The position numbers and the translations under genes were made by a program. Shown here in pieces: positions 21,073 through 30,688 of a stretch of 64,000 nucleotides of DNA. The stretch is taken from the NCBI GenBank assembly GCA_963745075.1, contig CAVUWV010000024.1:64001-128000 (forward strand). The letters are read 5' to 3'. The notes beneath the pieces are model-generated. The model made no database searches. It worked only from the letters and a program-made list of their open reading frames with translations, and was not told where the DNA came from. This DNA comes from Candidatus Hydrogenedentota bacterium. Its GTDB lineage: Bacteria > Hydrogenedentota > Hydrogenedentia > Hydrogenedentales > SLHB01. The stretch's first letter is position 1. Each line of letters opens with the position of its first letter.

Positions 21073-21675
21073 TCAGAATCCGATCGCGCGGAACAAACGT
21101 GCAACGAGACCCTCTTTCCTCGGTGGGATTGGCAGTTCCCGTGCGTTTTCAAGGATATTGGCGCGGTTCAATCGCCGTCCGACGGTTTCCCACCGTGACC
21201 GGTGCGAAGGATGGGCAAGCAGCGGGACATAGCCCAGATCCACGTAGACACGGATGGCCGCGTCGCGCCAGTCGTCCGTGACCAGACGATGCGTTGCGAA
21301 ACCCTCGCGCTGGCTATAGCGAATGGCTTCCACCGTGAGCAGTTTTCCGAGCCGTTTCCCCTGGTGTTCCGGGAGGACACCCACCATGTGAAGATAGCCG
21401 ACCCCTGGATCGGTCGATTCCACCCAAGCCGCCAACGTCCCCACCACTTGACCCTCGTGCTCCAGGACCAGAATGCGCTCGGGACGAAAACACGGGTGCC
21501 CGAGAAGGTTCCGCGTGACACTGTCGGCGGTCGCGCTTCCCAGATCGGAAATCTCGTAGATGGCCGCCAGCCCTTCTTCATCTCCCGGCTGAAACGAGCG
21601 CAGCCGGTATCCCTCGGGCAGAGGAACATCCGGTAAACCATCGACCCCGGTTCTTTCCATCTTAAGTTGCGACAT
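21073..21675 (-). CDS. GNAT family N-acetyltransferase
   Basis: [16 protein letters not shown] acetyl-CoA motif [12 protein letters not shown] motif B. Confidence 0.88.
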   Translation of the reverse strand: MSQLKMERTGVDGLPDVPLPEGYRLRSFQPGDEEGLAAIYEISDLGSATADSVTRNLLGHPCFRPERILVLEHEGQVVGTLAAWVESTDPGVGYLHMVGVLPEHQGKRLGKLLTVEAIRYSQREGFATHRLVTDDWRDAAIRVYVDLGYVPLLAHPSHRSRWETVGRRLNRANILENARELPIPPRKEGLVARLFRAIGF

Positions 21676-21835
21676 GCGCGGAAATCGTAGGCCGGTTTTC
21701 GGGAGGAAATCAAGTCGTCAAAAATCTATAATCACACCTTTCAACGTTTCAGGAGATTCAACGGATTGTCGACCACTGCTTGCGTTCTTCAACATCTTTT
21801 CAGTATTAGATTCTGTTTGCTATTGGTTTAATACT

Positions 21836-22348
21836 ATGATTATCGGCGTTATCAGCGATACCCACGGCAACCGCCGCATGATGCACGAAGTTGCCGATTA
21901 TTTGCGCGCCCGGCATGATGCCAAGTTGCTCTTTCATGTCGGCGACGACTACGCCGATGCTGAGGAACTCGCCATGGCCGGCCATCCGATCAAAATGGTT
22001 CCCGGCCTGTGGTGTCCCGCGTATGCGAATCATCGGATCCCGAACGCGATTGTTGAACACGTGGACGGCATTACCATTTCCGCCGCACATGCCGAAAGAG
22101 ACCTGAGAGCGCGCGAATTGGCCGCGACCGTTGTGCTGACGGGGCATACCCACGTGGCGCGAATCGAAAAACTCGGCCACTCCGTCCATTTGAATCCCGG
22201 ACACCTCAAGAGCAAGCTCGACCGCGGCGAACGCCCGTCCTATGCCGTCATCACTACCCGCGAACAGGACATCGAAATCGCGATCCACGAGTTGACGGGA
22301 CAAGTACGGGAAACCCGGTTCTTTCAGCGGGTAGAGCTTGCCGAATGA
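21836..22348 (+). CDS. YfcE-like small metallophosphoesterase
   Basis: IGVISDTHGN, HVGD, GHTH and NPG motifs. Confidence 0.85.
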   Translation: MIIGVISDTHGNRRMMHEVADYLRARHDAKLLFHVGDDYADAEELAMAGHPIKMVPGLWCPAYANHRIPNAIVEHVDGITISAAHAERDLRARELAATVVLTGHTHVARIEKLGHSVHLNPGHLKSKLDRGERPSYAVITTREQDIEIAIHELTGQVRETRFFQRVELAE

Positions 22349-22486
22349 TCCCGCACATTGAAACGGGAAAAAACGATTCGTGGTATGCTGAAACGGCGAT
22401 AGTGGCCCTGGAACGAGTGGATACCGCGTCGAACGGCACGCGGTCGCAAATGAGATAACGTCCATTTATTTCGAGTGGGGGAAACG

Positions 22487-23455
22487 ATGAAATCCGACCT
22501 GCGTCAAACGGCGATGGCCGCGAGCCTCGGCATTGCCGTCGTCATGCTCGCCGGAAAGTTAACCGCGTACTTCATCACCGGCAGCGCGGCAATCCTTTCC
22601 GACGCCGCGGAGTCCGTCGTGCACATCGCCGCCACCTCCGTCGCCGGTCTCAGTCTCTGGTACGCGCGTCAGGAGCCCAACGACAAGCATCCTTACGGCT
22701 TCGGCAAGGTTGCCTACTTCTCGGCGGGGTTTGAAGGGGCCATGATTCTTTCCGCCGCCGCCTACATCTATTACTCCAGCATCCGGGAACTGATCCTCGG
22801 TCCGGAGTTAAAACACCTCGGCATTGGTATCATCATTACCGCCGTCCTGTGTCTGATCAATCTTGCGCTTGGTCTTTTCCTTGTCCATGTGGGCAAGACT
22901 CGCAACGCCCTTATTCTGGTCGCCAACGGAAAACACGTGTTGACCGATATGTGGACCAGCGCCGGGGTGGTCGTCGGCGTGCTCATCGTGCAGTTGACCG
23001 GCCTGCTTTGGCTGGACCCAATCGTTGCCATTCTGGTGGCGACCAATATCCTGCGGGAAGCCGCTGCGCTGATCTTTGGCTCATTCTCCGGACTTATCGA
23101 CAAGGCCGATCCGGTACAAACGCCCAAAATTCTCGAATGCCTAAAGCGTGCCATCGCCGATGGACGAATTACGGGATTCCATCAATTGCGACATCGGCAA
23201 AGTAACGACGTGATGTGGATTGAAGTCCACATGCAAGAACCCGGTGATATGCCCACCGCCGAGGCCCATGAGAAAGTCACCGGTGTCGAAGAGTCGATCC
23301 GGGGGCTTTTTCACGAGTTTACGGTGCACATCACCACGCACGTGGAACCCGAGCATCACGACGCGGCACATCCCGAAGGTCATCCCGGACTTCCCGACCC
23401 TTACTCCGGAGCCGCTCCCAATCCGGAAGATCGCGAACAACCACAACAATCGTGA
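22487..23455 (+). CDS. Cation diffusion facilitator family transporter
   Basis: SDAAESVVH, HPYGFGK, HVLTD, DPIVA and THVEP; about 6 TM helices; His-rich tail. Confidence 0.92.
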   Translation: MKSDLRQTAMAASLGIAVVMLAGKLTAYFITGSAAILSDAAESVVHIAATSVAGLSLWYARQEPNDKHPYGFGKVAYFSAGFEGAMILSAAAYIYYSSIRELILGPELKHLGIGIIITAVLCLINLALGLFLVHVGKTRNALILVANGKHVLTDMWTSAGVVVGVLIVQLTGLLWLDPIVAILVATNILREAAALIFGSFSGLIDKADPVQTPKILECLKRAIADGRITGFHQLRHRQSNDVMWIEVHMQEPGDMPTAEAHEKVTGVEESIRGLFHEFTVHITTHVEPEHHDAAHPEGHPGLPDPYSGAAPNPEDREQPQQS

Positions 23456-23481
23456 GCGGTGGATACAGATCCCGCGTTGCC

Positions 23482-24817
23482 CTAATCGATCTGGATCACG
23501 GTATCCGCGTCTCCTGCGAGCGCCGGAGTCCGTTCGGGCCCAACTTCACCGATCGTGTCAGCCGCTGGCTCAACAGGACCGAACGATCGCACCAACACGG
23601 CACGATGACCCAATAGCCACACCAGCAGCGCCGCCACATCGAGCATGATGAGTGCCGCGATCGCTGCCCCCGGCCGATCCGAGCCCGAAGGCTCGATGGG
23701 TCCAAATCAGCGCCGCCCCGCCCAGGACCGGCAACCGCAAAGTCTCCAGCAAGAGCGCCCAGCGTTTACCCTCCAGCAACCCGCCGATGCAGACGAGCGT
23801 CATCACGATCAGACCACCCACGCCGGCCCGTTCCGTCCATTCCATCGTGGATTCCTTCTTCAGGAAGGACGTTGCAATGATGATCGTTGGGATGAACTGA
23901 ACGAGAACATACACGCTGAGGCTGACCGGCACCTTCGGGTCGTACTTCTGGTAGAACTCGCGCCGCAAGTACGCAGGCGACCCCGCCTTCTCGAGTCCGG
24001 CCGGACGCCATGCCGGTTTCATAAACCACACCCGGAGTTTGTCCCGCCAGTGCGGCGCTTTCCACGCAAGTTTGGCAAGGTCAATCCAGTAATGAATGTT
24101 GGCCCAGACCGGGTTCCAACTCCGGAGCGGAGTCGCCGTACCGTAAATGGGCTCTTCCTCTTCCTCCTTAAACGTGCCGAAGAGCCGGTCCCATACGATC
24201 AGCATTCCGCCGTGATTCCGATCGATGTACTTCGGGTTCTTCGCGTGATGGACACGATGGTGGGACGGCGTATTGAGCACCCACTCTAACGGCCCCAACT
24301 TGCCGATGGTGCGCGTATGTATCCAGAACTGGTAAAGCGTGTCCACCGACGCCATGACGATGAACATTGCCGGCGGAAAACCGGTTAATGCGAGGGGCAA
24401 ATAGAAAATCCAGAAGAAGCAGCCCTGAAAGACCCCCTGCCGCAACGCCACGCTCAGGTTGTATTCTTCGCTCTGGTGATGGGGGATATGCGACCCCCAC
24501 ATAATGTTGACCTCGTGGCTGGCCCGGTGCGCCCAGTAATACATGAGATCGTAAAAGAGCAGACACGCAGCCCACGCCACAGTGGATGCCATGGAAATGT
24601 CCAGTATCCGGTGGTGCTTGTACAGGTACAGGTAACCGACGAAGACCACGGATTTGAGAAACGCCCCGCCCACCTGGTCCAGCGTGCCCATGCTCAAATC
24701 GTTGATCGTGTCATTGAACCGGTAGTTCGCCCGCCGTTGAATCCAACTGACGAACCATTCCACCCCAATCAGGAGGAAAAACACGGGGATCGCCATCTCA
24801 ATGAGATTCGGTACCAT
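23482..24817 (-). CDS. Sterol desaturase/fatty acid hydroxylase superfamily, alkylglycerol monooxygenase-like; probable C-terminal frameshift at ~23667-23671
   Basis: His boxes HRASH, HIPHH and HHRVHH; HHQSEEYNLSVALRQ; WDRLFGTF. Removing one G from the G5 run gives a final TM helix AAIAALIMLDVAALLVWLLGH ending at TAG 23482 (the ORF track ends at 23570). Confidence 0.85.
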
Positions 24818-24874
24818 GATCGGTCACCTACCTACCCTCAAACACACACCACCTGCGCACGGTCTCCACCTCCC

Positions 24875-24903
24875 ATCATATCGCGCCCGGACCTAACGGT
24901 CAA
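24875..24903 (-). promoter_or_regulatory. Sigma70-type promoter of the desaturase-family gene
   Basis: Minus strand TTGACC-17 nt-TATGAT. Confidence 0.7.
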
Positions 24904-25150
24904 TAGAACGCCATAAAGGTATATATGCCCAGGCGGCGCGCCGGCATTCCGTCCATTGCAACGTTGATCGGTGGGCTGTTTTGGCGTATACCCAACACGT
25001 CGACGTTGGCGTTCATGTCCGTATCGCGGGGGCGGTTTGGATGGAATTCGCCAAGAAGGATCGGCGTCAGGGGGACTCCGGAAAAAGTGGTTGCGCAGTG
25101 CAGTGGATTGCTCCGCACCCGACCCCGGGACACGACAAGGGGGGATTCTC

Positions 25151-26782
25151 ATGTTTAACGGTCTTTTCCACATTCCCGAGCCAAAGAACGAACCCGTTCT
25201 CGAATATGCACCCGGTTCGCGGGAGCGAGACGAACTCAAGGCCAAGCTCCAGGAACTGCTCGACAACCCGACCGAAGTTCCAATGATTATCGGCGGAAAA
25301 GCGCAGCAGGCCGACAGCGTCGCCGAGATGCGGTGCCCTCACAATCTCCAACAGCGTTTGGGCGCCTACCACGTGGCCAACGCGTTCCATGCGAATCAGG
25401 CTATCGAGGCGGCCAACGTGGCCAAGAAAGACTGGTCCGAAATGCCATGGGATAATCGGGCGACGATCTTTCTCAAGGCCGCAGAATTGTTGGCCACAAA
25501 GTACCGACAGACCCTGAACGCGGCCACCATGCTGTGCTTGAGCAAGACCCCGCACCAGGCGGAAATCGATTCGGCCTGTGAACTCATCGACTTCTGGCGG
25601 TTTAACCCACACTTTATGACGCTCGTGTACGACGACCAGCCCAAGTCTACGCCCACCTTGCTCAATTACATGGAGCACCGGCCGCTCGAAGGGTTTGTCT
25701 TCGCCATTACGCCGTTCAACTTCACCTCGATTGCCGGTAACCTGCCGACGGCGCCCGCATTGATGGGAAATGCGGTCGTATGGAAACCCGCGTCGTCCGC
25801 CGTGTTGCCCGCGTATTTCATCATGAAGATCCTCGAGGAGGCGGGCTTGCCGCCAGGGGTGATCAACATGATCCCCGGTCCCGGCCCTGCCATCGGGCCA
25901 ACCGTCCTGGACCACCTAGACCTCGGCGGCATCCACTTCACCGGCAGCACGAAAGTCTTTTCGACGATTTGGCTGGCCGTCGGGTCCGACATCCGCAAAT
26001 ACTATTCGTATCCGCGCATTGTCGGCGAGACGGGCGGCAAGGATTTTATTGTTGCCCATCCATCCGCCGACTTGGCGGCCCTTGCGACCGCGCTCGTCCG
26101 CGGCGCCTTCGAATACCAGGGGCAGAAGTGCTCGGCGTGCAGCCGTGCCTATGTCCCCGATTCTATGTGGCCCGCACTCCAGGAAAGACTGCTTGCCGAT
26201 ACGGCGGAAGTGCACATGGGCGATATCTGCGATTTCACCAACTTCATGGGCGCCGTCATTGATCAAAACGCGTACGAGAGCATAACGGGCTATATCGAAT
26301 ACGCCAAGAGCAGCCCCGATCTGGAAATCATCGCGGGCGGCAAGCATAGCAACAAAGAAGGCTATTTCATCGAGCCAACCATCGTGCTTTCCAAAGAGCC
26401 GAAGTCGCGACTCATGTGCGAGGAAATCTTTGGGCCGGTGCTGACGATTTACGTCTATCCCGAAAAGGAATACAGCGAGACGCTCCGCCTTTGCGATAAG
26501 ACGAGCCCCTATGCGCTGACCGGCGCCATCTTCGCGCAGGATCGCCGGGCCGTCGTCGAAGCGACGCGTGTGCTCCGTCATGCCGCCGGGAACTTCTACA
26601 TCAACGACAAGCCGACCGGCGCGGTGGTTGGACAGCAACCCTTCGGCGGAAGCCGCGCTTCGGGTACCAACGACAAGGCCGGGTCCTGGATTAACCTCGA
26701 ACGGTGGATATCGCCACGAACGATCAAGGAGAACTTCCTGCCGGCGACGGACTTTCGGTACGCCTACATGAAGGAAAACTAA
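25151..26782 (+). CDS. pruA: L-glutamate gamma-semialdehyde (P5C) dehydrogenase
   Basis: NEPVLEYAPGS, QAEIDSACELIDFWRFN, PFNFT, FTGST, GETGGK, YQGQKCSACS, EEIFGP, NDKPTGAVVGQQPFGG.R.SGTNDKAG. Confidence 0.95.
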   Translation: MFNGLFHIPEPKNEPVLEYAPGSRERDELKAKLQELLDNPTEVPMIIGGKAQQADSVAEMRCPHNLQQRLGAYHVANAFHANQAIEAANVAKKDWSEMPWDNRATIFLKAAELLATKYRQTLNAATMLCLSKTPHQAEIDSACELIDFWRFNPHFMTLVYDDQPKSTPTLLNYMEHRPLEGFVFAITPFNFTSIAGNLPTAPALMGNAVVWKPASSAVLPAYFIMKILEEAGLPPGVINMIPGPGPAIGPTVLDHLDLGGIHFTGSTKVFSTIWLAVGSDIRKYYSYPRIVGETGGKDFIVAHPSADLAALATALVRGAFEYQGQKCSACSRAYVPDSMWPALQERLLADTAEVHMGDICDFTNFMGAVIDQNAYESITGYIEYAKSSPDLEIIAGGKHSNKEGYFIEPTIVLSKEPKSRLMCEEIFGPVLTIYVYPEKEYSETLRLCDKTSPYALTGAIFAQDRRAVVEATRVLRHAAGNFYINDKPTGAVVGQQPFGGSRASGTNDKAGSWINLERWISPRTIKENFLPATDFRYAYMKEN

Positions 26783-26950
26783 GAGCGTGTTTCAAAAGTG
26801 GTCTCGCGCGATTTGAGAGACTTGCCACAGATGTAGCGCAGGCGTCCCCGCCTGCAAAATCTCGGACTGAACCCCAAAGAATGCAGGCGGGGATGCCTGT
26901 GCTTCATCATTCGATACGACTAGCCGATATCTTACTTTTGAAACACCCTA
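26783..26950. mobile_element. 168-bp non-autonomous MITE-like element with 17-bp imperfect TIRs and TAA target-site duplication
   Basis: Left end GAGCGTGTTTCAAAAGT, right end ACTTTTGAAACACCCTA (15/17 inverted match). TAA flanks both sides (26780-26782, the pruA stop, and 26951-26953). No transposase inside. Confidence 0.75.
26831..26907. repeat. Inverted doublet (REPIN-like) of GTAG-type REP, family A
   Basis: ATGTAGCGCAGGCGTCCCCGCCTGCA (26831-26856) and inverted TGCAGGCGGGGATGCCTGTGCTTCAT (26882-26907), 23/26 identical. Confidence 0.8.
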
Positions 26951-27188
26951 TAAGAATCTTCTCGGAATCTGCCGGCGTCGTCTGAGACCTCGGCTTGTAA
27001 TCACCGTATTTGGGAACGTTGGCGCGACGAGCCGCCGACCCCGGCATGCGATCAAATACACATTGGATATGCAACGTTAAAATATTCAAGCACATAGACT
27101 TGTAACGAATCTCTCTTCAGAATGTAGAACTACCCGGGGGCAATAAAAAGGGCAAACTGGGCGATGAGCCCGAACATGGAGAAGTAGT

Positions 27189-27290
27189 ATGGATATCCAG
27201 GCTCTTTTGGATCAGATCTTCGCGTTCATCATGCAATTGATGGATCTCATTCTCGGCTTCATGGGGTTTCGAGGGGGACGCGACGAATAA
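27189..27290 (+). CDS. Small 33-aa amphipathic hydrophobic peptide (below the ORF-track cutoff)
   Basis: MDIQALLDQIFAFIMQLMDLILGFMGFRGGRDE*; GGAG RBS 7 nt before ATG; sits alone in an intergenic gap. Confidence 0.6.
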   Translation: MDIQALLDQIFAFIMQLMDLILGFMGFRGGRDE

Positions 27291-27377
27291 TTGACGATAC
27301 TCCCGAACGCCATCCGGTGCAAGGCAATGGCTAGACGGTATCGGATGGGGACGAACGGGTGTGTTACCTCGAATTTT

Positions 27378-27415
27378 GGGTTACGCCGTCCGCACGGAAA
27401 TGGGCGGCGTAACCC
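27378..27415. terminator. Strong GC-rich hairpin (terminator or transcript-stabilising)
   Basis: GGGTTACGCCGTCC / GGGCGGCGTAACCC 14-bp stem with one G-U pair; weak U-tail on +. Confidence 0.45.
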
Positions 27416-27532
27416 TTCCTGCTGTCTGCTCATTCCTCCCACTTGCCAATTCGAGGTCCGATTGGGTGACAATAGCGTCTTGAGATACCGGTTTCTTGAT
27501 TCTTGGCGAAAATGGTCCTCAGGAGCGGCGGT

Positions 27533-28995
27533 ATGAGCACGATTCTCATGGTGGTTGTGTTGGGAATGTTACATGCGCAACCGGACGCGGCGAAACCCGC
27601 AACATCCAATGCATCCCCCGAAGCTTGGCGCGCCAAAGTCGGGCCCGACACCGCGCCTGAAACAATCGAGCCCATCGAAGCGCCCTTTGACATGCCCCAA
27701 CTCACGCGGCCTGAATTCCCTGATCGCGTCGTCACCATCACCGACTACGGCGCCGTGGGGGACGGGGTCGCGAAGAACACCGAAGCCATCCGCGCCGCGA
27801 TCGAAGACTGCGCGAAAGCGGGCGGAGGCATGGTGCGCGTACCCGGAAGGAACGTGGTTGACCGGCGCCATCCACCTCGAAGAGCAACGTCAACCTCCAG
27901 CTGGACGCAGGCGCCGTCCTGCGCTTCTCAACCGACCCCGCCGACTACTTGCCCGTCGTGTTTACGCGCTGGGCCGGGTTCGAGTGTTACAACTACTCGC
28001 CCCTCATCTACGCTCGCGACTGCGAAAACATCGCCATCACCGGTCCAGGAACCATCGACGGCAACGGCAAGCAGTGGTGGTCCTGGGAACCGCGCCAGCA
28101 GCCTACGGCCACGCGCATGTACGAAGACCAAATCCTGAAAGGCGTGCCGCCGGAGGAGCGCGTCTACGGGACGGTCGAAGACGGGCTGCGTCCGCAACTC
28201 ATCAGCCCCATCAACTGCCGGAACGTGTTACTCGAAGGGTTTACCATTAGCAAGCCCGGCCCCTTCTGGACCATCGACCTCGTCTATTGCGACCACGTCA
28301 TCGTGCGTCGGCTGCGCGTATTCACCGAAGGCGGGCCCAACACCGACGGCATCAACGTCGATTCCTGCACCAACGTGCTCATCGAGCATAACTTCCTCAA
28401 CACCGGCGACGACTGCATCTGTATGAAGTCCGGCATGAACGAGGACGGCTGGCGCGTCGGCAAACCGACCGAAAACGTGGTCATTCGCTACAACCGCACG
28501 GCAAAGGGCCACGGCGGCGCGGTCTTCGGCAGTGACATGAGCGGCGACATCCGCAACGTCTACGTCCACTCCTGCGTCTACGACGGCACCCAGATGGGCA
28601 TCCGCATCAAATCTACCCGGGGCCGCGGCGGCATCGTCGAACGCCTCTGGTTCGAGAACATCGACATGAATGATATCCAGCACGAAGCCATCCAGATGTC
28701 CACCGCCTACCGCGCCTGGATGGCCACCACCGAAGGCAAAGCCCCCATTTTCCGCGACATCACCTTCCGCAACATCCACGTCGACGGCGCCAGAAATGCC
28801 GCGAGCATCGAAGGCCTACCCGAAGCACCTATCGAGGATTTGCGCTTCAAGGACATCGTCATCAACGCGACAAACGGTTTCCGTGCCAAATTGGTCAATG
28901 GCATCGTTTTGGATAACGTTGCCGTGACCGCCGAGAAAGGCCCCGCATTTCAGTGGCAAGACTGTAAGCACGTATCTGTCGACGGAAAGAAGTAG
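27533..28995 (+). CDS. Secreted GH28 glycoside hydrolase (polygalacturonase family); two +1 frameshifts at ~27843 and ~27878
   Basis: Signal peptide; ITDYGAVGDG..NTEAI..AI; PEGTWLTGAIHL in a second frame; KSNVNLQL then NTDG, GDDC, GHGG and RIKS in a third frame. Confidence 0.9.
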
Positions 28996-29031
28996 AGGGT
29001 CACAATCCAAGGTGCGCCCGCAGAGGACTCG

Positions 29032-30483
29032 TCAGTAGTCCTCGCCATTCAGACTCCGAATCACCGACTGTTGCCACGCAATCAACACTTCCTTCATCGC
29101 CGCCACGCGCTGGCCCTGTGCACTTGCGACGTCATTCGCCTCTTCGGGGTCGGATTCGAGGTTGAATAACTCCAGCGTAAATTCATCGTCCGAATCCTTC
29201 TTCGGAATCCGGTGCAGTTTCCACGGCCAGTCGAGCCATGCCGCGTGACCCGGGAGGTCCTCTTCCGAATACGTTGTCTTAATCTCGCCCGCGTCCAGGC
29301 ACAACATATCCGGATGGGCTACTTCCTTTCCCGCCTGTTGCGCGTCGTAGAGTTCCTGCATCAGTTTGTCGCTGGGCGTGCTGATGCCTTTCGCGGGGTA
29401 GACCCAGAACCCCATCGGCTCGGGGCGCTGGTCCATCTCGCCCGCGATGAGCGGGGCGAGGCTGATACCGTCCAAGGTCGGCTGGTCCTTCATGCGGATT
29501 CCGAGGAGATCGAGCAGAGTGGGGTAGATGTCCTCCGTGGTGCAGGGCACCGCCGTGGTGCGCGGCGCGGGGATTTGCTCCGGCCATTCGAGAATGCCCG
29601 GCACGCGCAAACCGCCTTCGTAGAGCTGGCTCTTATACCCGCGTCCGCCGGTCGCGCTGACTTTCGGCAGACCGCCGTTATCGCTGCAGTACCAGAGAAT
29701 CGTGTTGTTCGCGATGCCGAGCGTCCGCAATTCGTCGCGCAACGTGCCGAAGGCCCGGTCCATGCCCGTGACCTCGCCGTAGTAATTCTGAAACTCGGCA
29801 TCTTCGTCTGGATACAACGCCCGCAACTCGTCCGTCGCCTGGTGCGGCTTGTGAGGCGAACCGAACCAGACCACCGCCAGGAACGGCTGTTCGCTACCCG
29901 CATACTTTCGAATGAAATCCAGCGCTGCATCCGCCGTTACCATAGAACTCTCGCCGGGATGCGGTTCCGCTACGCCTTCCCGGCTCAGGATCGGGTCGTT
30001 GTCGAAAAAGTTCGGCGCGGAGAGCCATTCGTCGAATCCGCTCGCGTCGGGATTCACGGGACTGCCCTTCTCCACGGGACCGAGATGCCACTTGCCGAAG
30101 TGGCCCGTCACGTATCCCGCGCTCTTCAGGGCTTCGGCGATCGTGTATTCCTGCGGACGCAGCGTGTACCCCCAACTGAAACAACCAAACCGGTTCGGAT
30201 GCCGTCCCGTCATCACGCTGCCGCGCGTGGGGGAACAGACTGGCGCCGCCGCGTAAAACCGGTCAAACCGCAGTCCGGCCGCGGCCGCCGCATCGAAGTT
30301 CGGCGTCTGCAACACCGGATGCCCATAGTACGCCATGTCGCCCCAGCCCTGGTCGTCCGCCATGCACAGGACGATATTCGGCTGCGCGGCCGATTTGCGC
30401 GCAAGATCGGTCGTTGCGCACCCCGCTGCGAGACAGCCGCTGGCTACGGTCGTTCCAATGAATTCGCGACGGCTGAGTTTCAT
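29032..30483 (-). CDS. Formylglycine-dependent sulfatase (S1) with Tat signal and possible lipobox
   Basis: MKLSRREFIG...LAAGC; PNIV..MADDQG, CSPTRGS.MTGR, GKWHLG, SDNG and YEGGLRVP. Confidence 0.95.
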   Translation of the reverse strand: MKLSRREFIGTTVASGCLAAGCATTDLARKSAAQPNIVLCMADDQGWGDMAYYGHPVLQTPNFDAAAAAGLRFDRFYAAAPVCSPTRGSVMTGRHPNRFGCFSWGYTLRPQEYTIAEALKSAGYVTGHFGKWHLGPVEKGSPVNPDASGFDEWLSAPNFFDNDPILSREGVAEPHPGESSMVTADAALDFIRKYAGSEQPFLAVVWFGSPHKPHQATDELRALYPDEDAEFQNYYGEVTGMDRAFGTLRDELRTLGIANNTILWYCSDNGGLPKVSATGGRGYKSQLYEGGLRVPGILEWPEQIPAPRTTAVPCTTEDIYPTLLDLLGIRMKDQPTLDGISLAPLIAGEMDQRPEPMGFWVYPAKGISTPSDKLMQELYDAQQAGKEVAHPDMLCLDAGEIKTTYSEEDLPGHAAWLDWPWKLHRIPKKDSDDEFTLELFNLESDPEEANDVASAQGQRVAAMKEVLIAWQQSVIRSLNGEDY

Positions 30484-30688
30484 TTCTAAACCCCCTTCGT
30501 TTCTTGCGCCAATCATCTGACCGATCCGTCGGATCTGCGCATTCGGTTCCGCAGTTGGCATCGTCTTCGACAGCATGTAAGATGGTCCCTAATCTTGGCG
30601 GCCGCAATCAAGCGCAACCATTCGCGGAGCGGAATGCATTGGGCGGTAGCAATCTCCAAAAGCCGCGCGACCAATAGGGGAGATTCGA

